Shown here: positions 27,617 through 37,008 of the stretch, piece after piece
How the letters are laid out: each line of letters opens with the position of its first letter
Position numbering within the stretch: the first letter of the stretch is position 1
NCBI GenBank assembly: GCA_965225955.1
Contig: CBDDBX010000015.1
Span: 32,923-96,922 of the forward strand
Direction: 5' to 3'
DNA: 64,000 bases
Origin: Candidatus Aminicenantia bacterium
GTDB lineage: Bacteria > Acidobacteriota > Aminicenantia > UBA2199
The notes under the pieces: model-generated
The model's input: only the letters and a program-made list of their open reading frames with translations
Databases searched by the model: none
What the model was told of the DNA's origin: nothing
Program-made: the position numbers and the translations under genes

Positions 27617-28561
27617 ATGGTTTTAAGTAAGAGACTTATATCATTAGCTATTATTCTTATTTTCAGTACAGGTTTCTGTCAGGTTTATGCTCAGGAAGGA
27701 AAAGCTTCGATAAAAAAGAGAGTTGCGGTTTTTCAGTTTGAGGATAAAACCAGAAACAAGCATATGTGGTGGACAGGTGAAACTGTTGGCAGAGGTATGG
27801 CTGATATGCTTATTACAGCTCTTGTTAAGTCCGGTAAGTACAGAGTTCTTGAACGGAACTCTCTTGATAAGATAATGAAGGAGCAGGATCTGGGACTGAG
27901 AGGAGCAGTGACTCAGCAGAGTGCTGCGAAGGCAGGTAAACTACTTGGGGTTCAATTGGCAATTATAGGAGCTGTAACAGAGTACGGTGTAAAGAGAAGT
28001 AGTGTTGGTGGAAGCATAAATACCAATAAACTTTTTGTTAAATCTCTGGGTGTAAGGAAATCAAAGGTTACTGTTGGTATCGATCTTAGATTTGTTAATA
28101 CTACAACTGGTGAGATTATTGCTTCAGAAACTGTAAGAAAAGAGAAGAAAAAAGCGGGACTTAAAGTAGGAACTACTGAGTTCAGATTCAGAAGTCAGAA
28201 CGATTTTGATAAATCTCTCATTGGTAAGGTTACCAGAGAAGCTATAAAAGAGATGCTGAAAAAAATTGACCGGCAGATGGTTAAGATGCCATGGGAAGCA
28301 AAAATCATCAGAGTTACAGGGAATACTGTGTATATAAACTCAGGAGCAGAGGCGGGGGTCAATGTCGGGGATGTTCTTGCAGTTTACTCAAAAGGAGAAG
28401 AGCTTATAGATCCTGATACAGGATTGTCTCTTGGAGCTGAAGAAGAGAGAATTGGTACAATAAGCGTTGTTACCAACAACCTGGGGAACGGGAAAGCTTC
28501 AAAAGCCAGAATTGTAAGTGGTTCAGGTATGAAGAAAGGGGATCTTATCAGAATTAAATAG
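27617..28561 (+). CDS. CsgG/HfaB-family lipoprotein (curli-type secretion channel family)
   Basis: KRVAVFQFEDKT..., GRGMADMLITALVKSGKYRVLERNSLDKIMKEQDL, LGVQLAIIGAVTEYG. I moved the start to the ATG at 27617, behind AGGAGG at 27607-27612. Confidence 0.8.
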   Translation: MVLSKRLISLAIILIFSTGFCQVYAQEGKASIKKRVAVFQFEDKTRNKHMWWTGETVGRGMADMLITALVKSGKYRVLERNSLDKIMKEQDLGLRGAVTQQSAAKAGKLLGVQLAIIGAVTEYGVKRSSVGGSINTNKLFVKSLGVRKSKVTVGIDLRFVNTTTGEIIASETVRKEKKKAGLKVGTTEFRFRSQNDFDKSLIGKVTREAIKEMLKKIDRQMVKMPWEAKIIRVTGNTVYINSGAEAGVNVGDVLAVYSKGEELIDPDTGLSLGAEEERIGTISVVTNNLGNGKASKARIVSGSGMKKGDLIRIK

Positions 28562-28613
28562 GTTCTGTCTTAATTATAGATGGGTGGAAAATTTTCTGCC
28601 CTTATTTTCACTT

Positions 28614-29375
28614 CTACTGTTGTTCAGAAGGATTAGTTAATTTAATGAGATTTGTTTCAAGATTTTCTATGTCTGAGGTTTTCTGAAGATAAGGATCAAT
28701 TCTCCTGTCTCCCATATCCTGAACTCTGTAATCCGGCAACTCTTTACCGAAACATGTATAAACTAGTTTATCTACGATTCTTTCTTTCATTGAGTGAGGA
28801 ATCTTATGTTTCTGAATAAGAGAGTCTTCTATTCCGATGTGTACCAGCTCGTGAATAAGAGTGTTCAGGGGATCTGCGTACTGTTTGAATTTACCCTCTG
28901 GTGTTGTATATATCAGAACAGAACCCTTTTTGTGATTGTAACTTCCACCCGGCCCATATAAGGTAAGGGTAATTGTGTATTTGTTGAAGCTTTTGAAGTC
29001 CCACTTTTTGGGTAGTTGTATAAATCTTCTGATCATACTCCTCAGGACAGGAATTCCTGCATTTATTGTTCTGAATCCGGCACTATAATCTGATTTTTTG
29101 TATATTCCTGAATTCATAAGATCCAGAATCGACTTATAATCAGTGGAAGAGAATGTGCCTTGAAGGGATTTCTGTTTTAATCTGTCTATTACAGGAGAAT
29201 CCGGTAAGCTGACTTTGTAGCGGTTTTTTATAAAAAAAGGCATATCTTTTATTGTCCGCCATATATAAGATGCCTCTTCTGCAGGGGATGGAATCTTTAT
29301 CTCAATATCTGTACCTGCAGCTGTGAGTATTGGTGCTGTTAAAGTCATTATTAAAAAAAACACTGTTTTAACCAT
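28614..29375 (-). CDS. Secreted hypothetical protein with an HExxH motif (possible zinc metallopeptidase)
   Basis: Signal peptide (MVKTVFFLIMTLTAPILTAAG). LIHELVHIG contains HELVH. I recognise no further family features. Confidence 0.5.
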   Translation of the reverse strand: MVKTVFFLIMTLTAPILTAAGTDIEIKIPSPAEEASYIWRTIKDMPFFIKNRYKVSLPDSPVIDRLKQKSLQGTFSSTDYKSILDLMNSGIYKKSDYSAGFRTINAGIPVLRSMIRRFIQLPKKWDFKSFNKYTITLTLYGPGGSYNHKKGSVLIYTTPEGKFKQYADPLNTLIHELVHIGIEDSLIQKHKIPHSMKERIVDKLVYTCFGKELPDYRVQDMGDRRIDPYLQKTSDIENLETNLIKLTNPSEQQ

Positions 29376-29556
29376 TTTATCTCCTGATGTTTCCCGAGGC
29401 TATTATATTGTAGAAGAAAGGACGGAGCAAGTTCTGTAAACAGTGGAATTGACCTAAATATTTGTTTTTTATGCTTTTGATTTTTTTATTTTACTTATGA
29501 TTTGATATATGTTGCGTATGGTGTTATATATAAAGTGTAAGGAGAGGGCACAGCAA

Positions 29557-30036
29557 ATGAAACTTTTTGCAGCAAAGGAAATTCTTGAAGATATTGGGGA
29601 TATTGCTGTAGCAATAAAGAGAGTAACCCGGGAGTCCGGGGATAGTGAGGTGAGAGATTTAGTACTGAACCTTCAGAATAGTGTTGCTGATCTGAGGATT
29701 CAGATAGTGGAATTCAGAGAGGAGAATCTTCAGTTAAGAGAAGAGGTTCTCAGGTTGAAAGAACAACGGAAAAAGATTGCCGGAAAACCGAAGGTTTCAG
29801 AAGAAGCATATGTGTTTGAAGATGAAGCAGAAGGAAATTTCTACTGTACCAGATGTTTTGACAGTAGTGGAGACAAAATCCTGCTTAAACCTGAGTTTAG
29901 TATTAAAGGTTACAAAGATACTCCTGAAATTTATGGAGAAGCTCTCAATAGATTCTGTCCTTTATGTAGAACTGCACACTATACAGAATTCTACTACAGA
30001 ACTGTTGGTAAGATTAAAGAAGAGGTGGATAGTTAG
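29557..30036 (+). CDS. Hypothetical coiled-coil protein with a C-terminal CxxC...CxxC zinc-ribbon-like motif
   Basis: I moved the start to 29557 (MKLFAAKE), behind AAGGAGAG. Heptad-rich segment LRIQIVEFREENLQLREEVLRLKEQ. YCTRCF ... FCPLCR. Confidence 0.5.
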   Translation: MKLFAAKEILEDIGDIAVAIKRVTRESGDSEVRDLVLNLQNSVADLRIQIVEFREENLQLREEVLRLKEQRKKIAGKPKVSEEAYVFEDEAEGNFYCTRCFDSSGDKILLKPEFSIKGYKDTPEIYGEALNRFCPLCRTAHYTEFYYRTVGKIKEEVDS

Positions 30037-30082
30037 TAAAGAGTTGTACTGATGTTAAGATGCTGATCAGATAGATCGATCA

Positions 30083-30114
30083 GTAATACCGGTTTTTATC
30101 AGAGCCGGTATTAC
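30083..30114. terminator. Bidirectional hairpin between convergent genes
   Basis: GTAATACCGG-(12 nt)-CCGGTATTAC, a 10-bp perfect stem between 29557-30036 (+) and 30134-30337 (-). Confidence 0.55.
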
Positions 30115-30133
30115 TAATAGAGAATCATTTTGC

Positions 30134-30337
30134 CTAGTATACTTCTGATTTGGGTACTATCAGACAAAACAGAAGATATACTATTATGCCCGGGAATGCT
30201 ACGCTTAACACTGAAACCAGTACATACAGTATTCTTACAATAGTAGGATCCACATTCAGATATTCTGCTAATCCTCCACATACACCGCAAAGCATTTTTT
30301 CTCTGTTTGATCTCTTAAGTCGTCTTACTGCGTCCAT
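30134..30337 (-). CDS. PspC-domain membrane protein
   Basis: KMLCGVCGGLAEYLNVDPTIVRILYVLVSVLSVAFPGIIVYLLFCLIVP. I moved the start to the ATG at 30337, behind AGGAGG. Confidence 0.8.
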   Translation of the reverse strand: MDAVRRLKRSNREKMLCGVCGGLAEYLNVDPTIVRILYVLVSVLSVAFPGIIVYLLFCLIVPKSEVY

Positions 30338-30479
30338 CAATTTATCCTCCTGACTTTTTTCAGTTTCTATACCTGATATAACGTCTGGATAAAAAAACAG
30401 TTCCATGTAATTTGTAAGTTTATACGCACTTACATGAGGTTGTTCTGATTCTGGTAGAGTCTATGGAATAGAACTCTTC

Positions 30480-30887
30480 CTACTGTATACCGGCATCATT
30501 AAGAGGGACAGTATATTTCTTATCGGAACTCATGATATGTTTGGTAACCCAGGTCATCAGAAAGTTCATTGTTTTAATTGATACTGTTGATTTACCTTCA
30601 TCAAACTGCTTCTTATAGTCAACAACTATAGCAGTAAAATCTTCATGCTCTTTTTTATGAGCCGTAAAATCTCTGTAGTCAGCTCTTGTCATAAATCGCT
30701 CTTCAAGGGCAAAGTGTTTCTGGGTATAAGTTATAAGACTTGAGAATATCTTATCAAGATCGTCTCTGCTTTTACCTGATTTCATTGAGTCGTGCATTTC
30801 ATTGATTGTGTTGATCAGATGTTCATGTTGTTTATCAATTTCTGAAATATTAACTGAATATCTGGAATTCCATTTTAAAAGTGCCAT
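30480..30887 (-). CDS. Bacteriohemerythrin
   Basis: 135 aa. W-x-x-x-YSV-x-x-x-EIDKQHEHL N-terminus and His/Glu/Asp iron ligand positions (H..E, HF..EE, H..H...D). Confidence 0.9.
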   Translation of the reverse strand: MALLKWNSRYSVNISEIDKQHEHLINTINEMHDSMKSGKSRDDLDKIFSSLITYTQKHFALEERFMTRADYRDFTAHKKEHEDFTAIVVDYKKQFDEGKSTVSIKTMNFLMTWVTKHIMSSDKKYTVPLNDAGIQ

Positions 30888-30970
30888 AATACCTCCGACA
30901 AATAATCTTTAATTCTGATTAATTTACTGATATTTGTCAAATTAAGATGAAGGCAAATAGAAATTTCTGT

Positions 30971-31531
30971 TCAGAATTTCCTGCTGTCATAGGCCCAGTG
31001 TAGTAGTGCCTGTCGCTGCCTGGGTCTGCAGGTGAGTATTCCGGGAGGGCAATTTTTTCTGATCTGGGCGATATGGCGGGTCATAGCTTTCCACCTTTTG
31101 ATCTGTCTCTGATCATCGTCACTTCTTCTGCCCATATAATACCGGCAGTACCACTGAAACCATCCTCTTGGATCCTGAGGGTGAATCCATCCTTTTTTCT
31201 TCCAGTAAGCGAGAGATTTGGATGCTTTTACTCCAAAAAAATTGAGATCAGGTCTGTGGTGCTCTTTGCAGGTTTTTGCTTTTATGAACCACTCATCAGG
31301 AAACTCTTCTGTGCAATCGTTAAGATATTTACCGCCAAATACTCCCAGCTCAAGCATTTCTGCAGGAGTAAGATCCGGGATAAATTCAGGATCAAAGTTT
31401 TTTCCTTCAGGTTCAGTACGGTAATATACATAGTTCTGCTGCATCCTGTCATTTACTACTATTTTTTTGTTCATGTCTATATTTATGAAGTAATTGGAAA
31501 ATTTTTCAATTTGTCTTAAGAAGCTCCTCAC
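30971..31531 (-). CDS. Conserved-looking hypothetical cytoplasmic protein
   Basis: Long ORF with Trp-rich blocks (GWIHPQDPRGWFQWYCRYYMGRR, IKRWKAM). The start is uncertain: GTG at 31531 or ATG at 31474 (MNKKIVV). Confidence 0.55.
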   Translation of the reverse strand: MRSFLRQIEKFSNYFINIDMNKKIVVNDRMQQNYVYYRTEPEGKNFDPEFIPDLTPAEMLELGVFGGKYLNDCTEEFPDEWFIKAKTCKEHHRPDLNFFGVKASKSLAYWKKKGWIHPQDPRGWFQWYCRYYMGRRSDDDQRQIKRWKAMTRHIAQIRKNCPPGILTCRPRQRQALLHWAYDSRKF

Positions 31532-31622
31532 TCCCCTCGGAGAGGAACTTCAGTAAAGTTTGTTTGTTACCAGTATTATATAGCAGGCAGAAACATTAGT
31601 AAAGAAAATTCTGAAAATCCCT

Positions 31623-31652
31623 GAAGGGTGGGAAGGGGAAGTCCCACCCTTC
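31623..31652 (-). terminator. Strong hairpin downstream of the candidate 23-aa peptide ORF
   Basis: GAAGGGTGGGA-(8 nt)-TCCCACCCTTC, an 11-bp perfect stem. On the minus strand it is followed by AGGGATTTTCAGAATTTTC. Confidence 0.5.
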
Positions 31653-31687
31653 TACAAAGGAGATTAAACAATCTATTAACACAACTT

Positions 31688-31759
31688 TTAAAGAGACAGT
31701 ACAGATATCAGGAGAATGATAAATATTATCAATCTGAATAAAGTCATCATATACTTCAT
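31688..31759 (-). CDS. Candidate 23-aa hydrophobic peptide (MKYMMTLFRLIIFIILLISVLSL)
   Basis: It is below the ORF-track size cutoff. AGGAGG lies 4 nt upstream of the ATG. TAA stop is followed 35 nt later by an 11-bp-stem hairpin (31623-31652) and a U-rich tail. Confidence 0.3.
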   Translation of the reverse strand: MKYMMTLFRLIIFIILLISVLSL

Positions 31760-32075
31760 ATGGCCTCCTGCTGATCTTTAAAGATCTGAGTTGTTAACAG
31801 ATGACAGTAGGTTTTCCTGCAGTTTTTCTGAAAATACTGGTTCTTATACTGGAAAGGTCTGTGTTTGTTTTGTATGCCTGTGTCGGGCTCTGTTCTTTGT
31901 GTGATTTTCGGAGATTTTTTGTGATGATGAGACAGCCAGTGGCTGTCTCATGAAAATTGTAATTCAGTTGCCTTTAGTTTAGCGTTTAATCACGCTGTAA
32001 AAGTTAAACAACCGTAATTTCTTTTTCCTGCAAAAAAATAAATTTTTTCTTATTATTTTGAATAATGTATTCGGT

Positions 32076-32642
32076 TTACTTGACCTTAAACAGGTTCCAG
32101 CTTTCTATCCAGGCCTTTGCATCTTCCTGTTCATAATAGAATGAGCCTTCAGGGAATATTCCCTCAATCAGCTTCTTATCAATATCTTTTACATTTCCAA
32201 GTTTTTTGTACATATCTTCGGTATATCCTCTGATAAGGTAGAATGAGGCAAAATCATAAAATGTATGTATACGGGAGCTAAGATTCATTGCCTGATAAAT
32301 TTCAACTGTATTTGAGATTATGTCTGCTGAAACTATAAATTCCCACAGAATCTTTTTGGAGAGGTGGAAGACAAAGAGAATTTCGCAGAGAGGAATTTTT
32401 TCTTTATATCTTTGCTTGCCGGTTTCAGCGTAAACCCGGCCTATTTCTACCATCTTGAACCCTTTTTTCAGCCAGTCAACTATATTTTTAAAGTCTTCAA
32501 CCCCTCTTGCGATTAACTCTTCAGATGAGAGTTTTTTATACATTCTGGTATGAGGGGATGAAGTGATTTCCTGTGTCCAACGGGTTGCCAGATGTTTGGA
32601 GTTGGTATCAATTTCTCTGAGTATTTTCTCAGTAATTATCAT
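32076..32642 (-). CDS. Hypothetical cytoplasmic protein
   Basis: 188-aa ORF with SD GGTGAAACC-ATG context. I recognise no family. Confidence 0.55.
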   Translation of the reverse strand: MIITEKILREIDTNSKHLATRWTQEITSSPHTRMYKKLSSEELIARGVEDFKNIVDWLKKGFKMVEIGRVYAETGKQRYKEKIPLCEILFVFHLSKKILWEFIVSADIISNTVEIYQAMNLSSRIHTFYDFASFYLIRGYTEDMYKKLGNVKDIDKKLIEGIFPEGSFYYEQEDAKAWIESWNLFKVK

Positions 32643-33099
32643 GGTTTCACCTCACTAAGATCAGATTAGTCTTAAACAATGATATTTTCAACAACTACTT
32701 TTTACATGAGGTTACTGTGGATTATTGAAATAGAAAATACAGGAAAAGATCTTTTTTCAATTTTGTATAAGAAATTGGTGAATTTATGAATATTATTGTT
32801 AACAGGGCAAAAGTTGTTTTCTATTTAACCCCGGCTTTCCTCCTAAAGAATTAAGGCCGGGGTTTGTTTATAAAATTAACTTTTCATGGCTGGGTGTCAC
32901 GGTTTTATGTAAAAAATATTATCTGTGAACCTGCCTCTTTTCTTATATATCTAAATTATACGATCCTTTTGGTGTAGGGCTTAACACTATTTTAACCCGG
33001 GATTAACGGAAGATTCTCCTTATCATTAAATTTTATGTGTATAAATAGCCATTGGTTTACTGATATTTATCCATAAAAATTTTAACCGGAGGTTTTACT

Positions 33100-35820
33100 A
33101 TGATCAGCACTGCTGATACACCTGCATCAGGTGCAAATTCTTTAACTAAAGTTTTGATTCTGCTTATTTTTACTTTTTGTTCTGCAGTTTTCCTATCTGC
33201 CGGAGATACCGGCTTAATAAAGGGGAAAGTTACAGATAAAAGTGGTAGCCCGTTACCAGGAGCCCGGGTTGTACTTAAAGGAACAAACTATTATGCAATT
33301 ACGAATATTAATGGGGAATACCGACTCCCATCTGTTCTTAAGGGAGAGTATAAAGTTAAGGTTAAATACCTTGGACTTGGAGAGAGTGAAGCTCTGGTAG
33401 TTGTCAATGGAGACAGACTGGTGGAGAAAAATATTGTACTTGAGGTTAAAATTCATGAAGAGCTGACAGTTGTTGGTGAACCAATGAGAGAAGGTCAGGC
33501 TAAGGCTCTTAACCAGCAGAAGAACTCTTCAAGAATATCAAATATTGTTGCTTCAGATCTTATTGGTAGTTTTCCTGATCCTAACAGTGCTGAGGCTACT
33601 CAGAGACTTCCGGGAATATCTGTACAGAGAGATCAGGGAGAGGGCAGATATGTTCTTATCAGAGGTACAGAAGCAAGGCTCAATTCCATGATGCTCAATG
33701 GAGAGCGTCTTCCTTCACCTGAAGGGGATATCAGAAATGTCGCTCTGGATGTTATTCCTGCTGAGCTTCTGGATTCAATTGAGGTATCCAAGACTCTGAC
33801 TTCAGATATGGATGCGGACGCAATCGGAGGGACTGTTAATCTGAAAACCAGAAAGGCTCTTTCCCGTCCTCTGCTGAATCTTAATCTTGGAATGGGATAT
33901 AACGATAGTTCAGAGAAAACTCTTCAGAATGGAAGTCTTATGTACAGCAGAAGATTTGCGGATGATAAGATTGGTCTGGTTATTGGAGGTAGTTACTACA
34001 ATACAGACAGGAGAACTGAAAATTTTGAAGCTGAGTATGATGACCGGGAGCTTGATGATCTTCAGTTAAGAGATTACACAATTAACAGAAAAAGAGTTGG
34101 TTTTTCTGTTAATACTGACTTTGTGCTTTCTCCTTCCACTGACCTTGTGCTGCATGGGGTTTATAACAAATTTGATGATCAGGAATATCGCAGGCGTACC
34201 CGCTACAGATTAGGTAAAGAGAGTATGGAGAAGGAAGTTAAGGATCGTTTTGAATCCCAGAGAATATACTCTGTAAAAGGTAAACTGAAGCACATGTTTG
34301 GAAATGGTATGCAGATGAAAGTGTCTCTGTCATACTCCTATGCCAATGAAGATGAGCCTGATCGTAAAGATCTGACATTTAAACATAAGAAGGTGGAGTT
34401 CAATCCAAATGTAAGCCCCGGTAATATTGATTCAAATAATATTCAGGCAAATCCTCAGAATGAAGATATCAACAATTACAAAATGGATGATCTTGTAGTT
34501 GAGAACAATTATACGTCTGAGAAAGACTGGGTAGGTAAGGTGGATTTTGATATTCCCGTGAAACCCGGTAAAAGCTTCTCAGGAATGATCAAAACCGGAT
34601 TTAAGTATAAAAACAAGAAGAAGATGAGAGACAATGAAGCTACAGTTTATGAAGCTGATGATGATATTATGATGTCAGCTTTTCTTGATAACTGGAGTGC
34701 CGGGAATTTCATCGATGGCCGTTATAATCCAGGTCGTTTTTTTGGTAAAGATACAGCAGACCAGATACTGAAAGGTAACTACAGTCTGGAAAGTGCAAAA
34801 GATATGGAAAGTGATCTGGCAGACTACAGAGCTGAAGAGAATACTTTTGCGGGTTATCTGATGACTAAACTCTTTATTGGGGAGAATCTCACAATCATTC
34901 CGGGAGTGAGATATGAGAATACAGATATTGAATATACTGGATATGAGATGGCATTTGATGATGAGGGGGATTTTGCAGCGACAAAAGAGCTGAAAGGAAA
35001 TAACCGTTATGGAATGTTCCTCCCTGCGGTTAATGTGGTTTATAATCTGGACTCTTCAGCAAATGTGAGATTTGCTGTTACCAGAAGTATGGCAAGGCCC
35101 AACTATTACGACCTGACTCCCTACAGACTTATTCTAGAGGAGGATCTTGAGATTAAGAAAGGTAATGCAGATCTTAAACCAACTAAATCATGGAATATGG
35201 ATCTTATGGTTGAGAAGTATTTTGCCGGAACAGGTAATGTTTCTGCAGGAGTCTTTTACAAGAGATTAAGTGACTATATATATGATTACAGATTCTATGA
35301 GAACCGCGCAGATGGAAACAGATATAAGGTTAAGCAACCAAGAAACGGGGATGCTGCAAAACTCTGGGGATTTGAAGGGGCGGTTCAGGCTAATCTCAGT
35401 TTTCTGCCAAAACCTTTCGACGGATTAGGGCTTTTCTTCAATTATACCTATTGCGATTCTGAAGCCGTGTTTCCTGAAAGAGAAGGTAGCCTTGCTTCTT
35501 TACCGGGACAGGCAAAGCACATGGCTAATGCAGCAATATCATATGAAAAAGGGGCTTTCTCAGCAAAAATTTCACTAAATTATCACGGGAAATATATAGA
35601 TGAGGTTGGTAGTAACAGTGATGAGGACAAATATTATAAAGAGCATTTTCAGCTGGATCTTTCAGCTTCAGTGAAGGTGGCAAAGAATGTAAGAGTGTAT
35701 GCTCAGCTGGTTAATATTACAGATGAACCGCTGGTCTACTACATAGGAAATAAGAACTACCCTGTTCAGAGCGAGTGGTACTCATTCTGGGGAACACTGG
35801 GTATAAAGATTACTATCTGA
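33100..35820 (+). CDS. TonB-dependent receptor with an N-terminal carboxypeptidase-regulatory-like domain
   Basis: 906 aa. GKVTDKSGSPLPGARVVLKGTNYYAITNINGEYRL, then plug (EATQRLPGISVQRDQGEGRYVLIRG) and a beta-barrel ending in ...LGIKITI. Confidence 0.9.
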   Translation: MISTADTPASGANSLTKVLILLIFTFCSAVFLSAGDTGLIKGKVTDKSGSPLPGARVVLKGTNYYAITNINGEYRLPSVLKGEYKVKVKYLGLGESEALVVVNGDRLVEKNIVLEVKIHEELTVVGEPMREGQAKALNQQKNSSRISNIVASDLIGSFPDPNSAEATQRLPGISVQRDQGEGRYVLIRGTEARLNSMMLNGERLPSPEGDIRNVALDVIPAELLDSIEVSKTLTSDMDADAIGGTVNLKTRKALSRPLLNLNLGMGYNDSSEKTLQNGSLMYSRRFADDKIGLVIGGSYYNTDRRTENFEAEYDDRELDDLQLRDYTINRKRVGFSVNTDFVLSPSTDLVLHGVYNKFDDQEYRRRTRYRLGKESMEKEVKDRFESQRIYSVKGKLKHMFGNGMQMKVSLSYSYANEDEPDRKDLTFKHKKVEFNPNVSPGNIDSNNIQANPQNEDINNYKMDDLVVENNYTSEKDWVGKVDFDIPVKPGKSFSGMIKTGFKYKNKKKMRDNEATVYEADDDIMMSAFLDNWSAGNFIDGRYNPGRFFGKDTADQILKGNYSLESAKDMESDLADYRAEENTFAGYLMTKLFIGENLTIIPGVRYENTDIEYTGYEMAFDDEGDFAATKELKGNNRYGMFLPAVNVVYNLDSSANVRFAVTRSMARPNYYDLTPYRLILEEDLEIKKGNADLKPTKSWNMDLMVEKYFAGTGNVSAGVFYKRLSDYIYDYRFYENRADGNRYKVKQPRNGDAAKLWGFEGAVQANLSFLPKPFDGLGLFFNYTYCDSEAVFPEREGSLASLPGQAKHMANAAISYEKGAFSAKISLNYHGKYIDEVGSNSDEDKYYKEHFQLDLSASVKVAKNVRVYAQLVNITDEPLVYYIGNKNYPVQSEWYSFWGTLGIKITI

Positions 35821-35833
35821 TAAACAACTTAAA

Positions 35834-36937
35834 ATGGAGTATAAAATGAACAGGATGTTTAAATTATTTAGTTTTGCCCTTACTACAGCACTGTTGCTGA
35901 CTGGCTGTGGAGGTAGTAATAAGACTGAACAGAAAAAAGTTACATTAGCAGAAAATAATCGCATAAAACCGGTTGTTACGACAGAACAGGTTATGCATGA
36001 CAGTGATGACCCTGCCATATGGATCAACAGAGATAAACCTTCGGAAAGTCTTGTACTTGGAACAGATAAGAATATGAATGGTAATGTCTTCGTATTTGAT
36101 TTGAAAGGGAAAATTGTGAAAAAAATTGAAGGGATTCAGAGACCCAATAATATTGATGTTGAGTACGATTTCTTTTATAAAGGGGGGAAGATAGATATTG
36201 CTGTTGTTACTGAAAGGCATACCAGTTGCCTCAGAATCTACAGATTACCTGATATGGTGCCTCTGGATGGTGGTGGGGTTCCGGTTTTTGAAAATGAAGA
36301 GATTAAAAGCCCAATGGGAATCGCTCTTTACAGAAGAGGAAGAGATGGGGAAGTCTTTGCTATTGTGAGTAGAAAAGATGGTCCGGCAGATGGTTATCTC
36401 TTTCAGTATCTTCTGAAAGAAGAAAACGGAATTATAAGGGGGGCCAAAGTAAGGGCATTTGGAGCTCATTGCGGAACCAATGAAATTGAAGCTATTGTTG
36501 TAGATGATGAAGCTGGTTATGTCTACTATTCAGATGAAAGTTACGGAGTCAGAAAGTATTATGCAGACCCTGAAGCAGCAGATGCATCAGTGGAGCTGGC
36601 TTCTTTTGCTACGGAAGGTTTTAAAGAGGACAGGGAAGGACTCTCTATTTATGACCTTGGTGGTGGTAAAGGCTATATTCTTGTATCTGATCAGGCAGCC
36701 AATAAATTCCATATTTACAGCAGAGAAGGAAGTGATACTGATCCTCATAAGCACAAACTTCTGAAAATTGTAGATGTTTCAACGAATAATAGTGATGGAT
36801 CTGAAACAGTAAGTGTTCCTTTGGGTGATAAATTTCCCCATGGTGCCTTTATTGCTATGTCAGATGATAAAACTTTCCAGTACTACCGCTGGGAAGATAT
36901 TGCAGGTAAAGATCTGAAGTGTTTTCAAAGTAAATAA
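35834..36937 (+). CDS. Beta-propeller phytase (3-phytase family) lipoprotein
   Basis: Lipobox LLLTGCGG. HDSDDPAIWINRDKPSESLVLGTDK and repeated propeller blades are typical of BPP phytases. Alternative start at 35846. Confidence 0.85.
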   Translation: MEYKMNRMFKLFSFALTTALLLTGCGGSNKTEQKKVTLAENNRIKPVVTTEQVMHDSDDPAIWINRDKPSESLVLGTDKNMNGNVFVFDLKGKIVKKIEGIQRPNNIDVEYDFFYKGGKIDIAVVTERHTSCLRIYRLPDMVPLDGGGVPVFENEEIKSPMGIALYRRGRDGEVFAIVSRKDGPADGYLFQYLLKEENGIIRGAKVRAFGAHCGTNEIEAIVVDDEAGYVYYSDESYGVRKYYADPEAADASVELASFATEGFKEDREGLSIYDLGGGKGYILVSDQAANKFHIYSREGSDTDPHKHKLLKIVDVSTNNSDGSETVSVPLGDKFPHGAFIAMSDDKTFQYYRWEDIAGKDLKCFQSK

Positions 36938-36970
36938 TTAAGTTTATATAAATCTTAAATTGAAACTCCG

Positions 36971-37001
36971 GGAAACAGCTGCATTAAATGTAGCTGTTTC
37001 C
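36971..37001. terminator. Bidirectional hairpin between the phytase gene and the small Cys-rich gene
   Basis: GGAAACAGCT-(11 nt)-AGCTGTTTCC, a 10-bp perfect stem. Confidence 0.55.
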
Positions 37002-37008
37002 TTAACTC

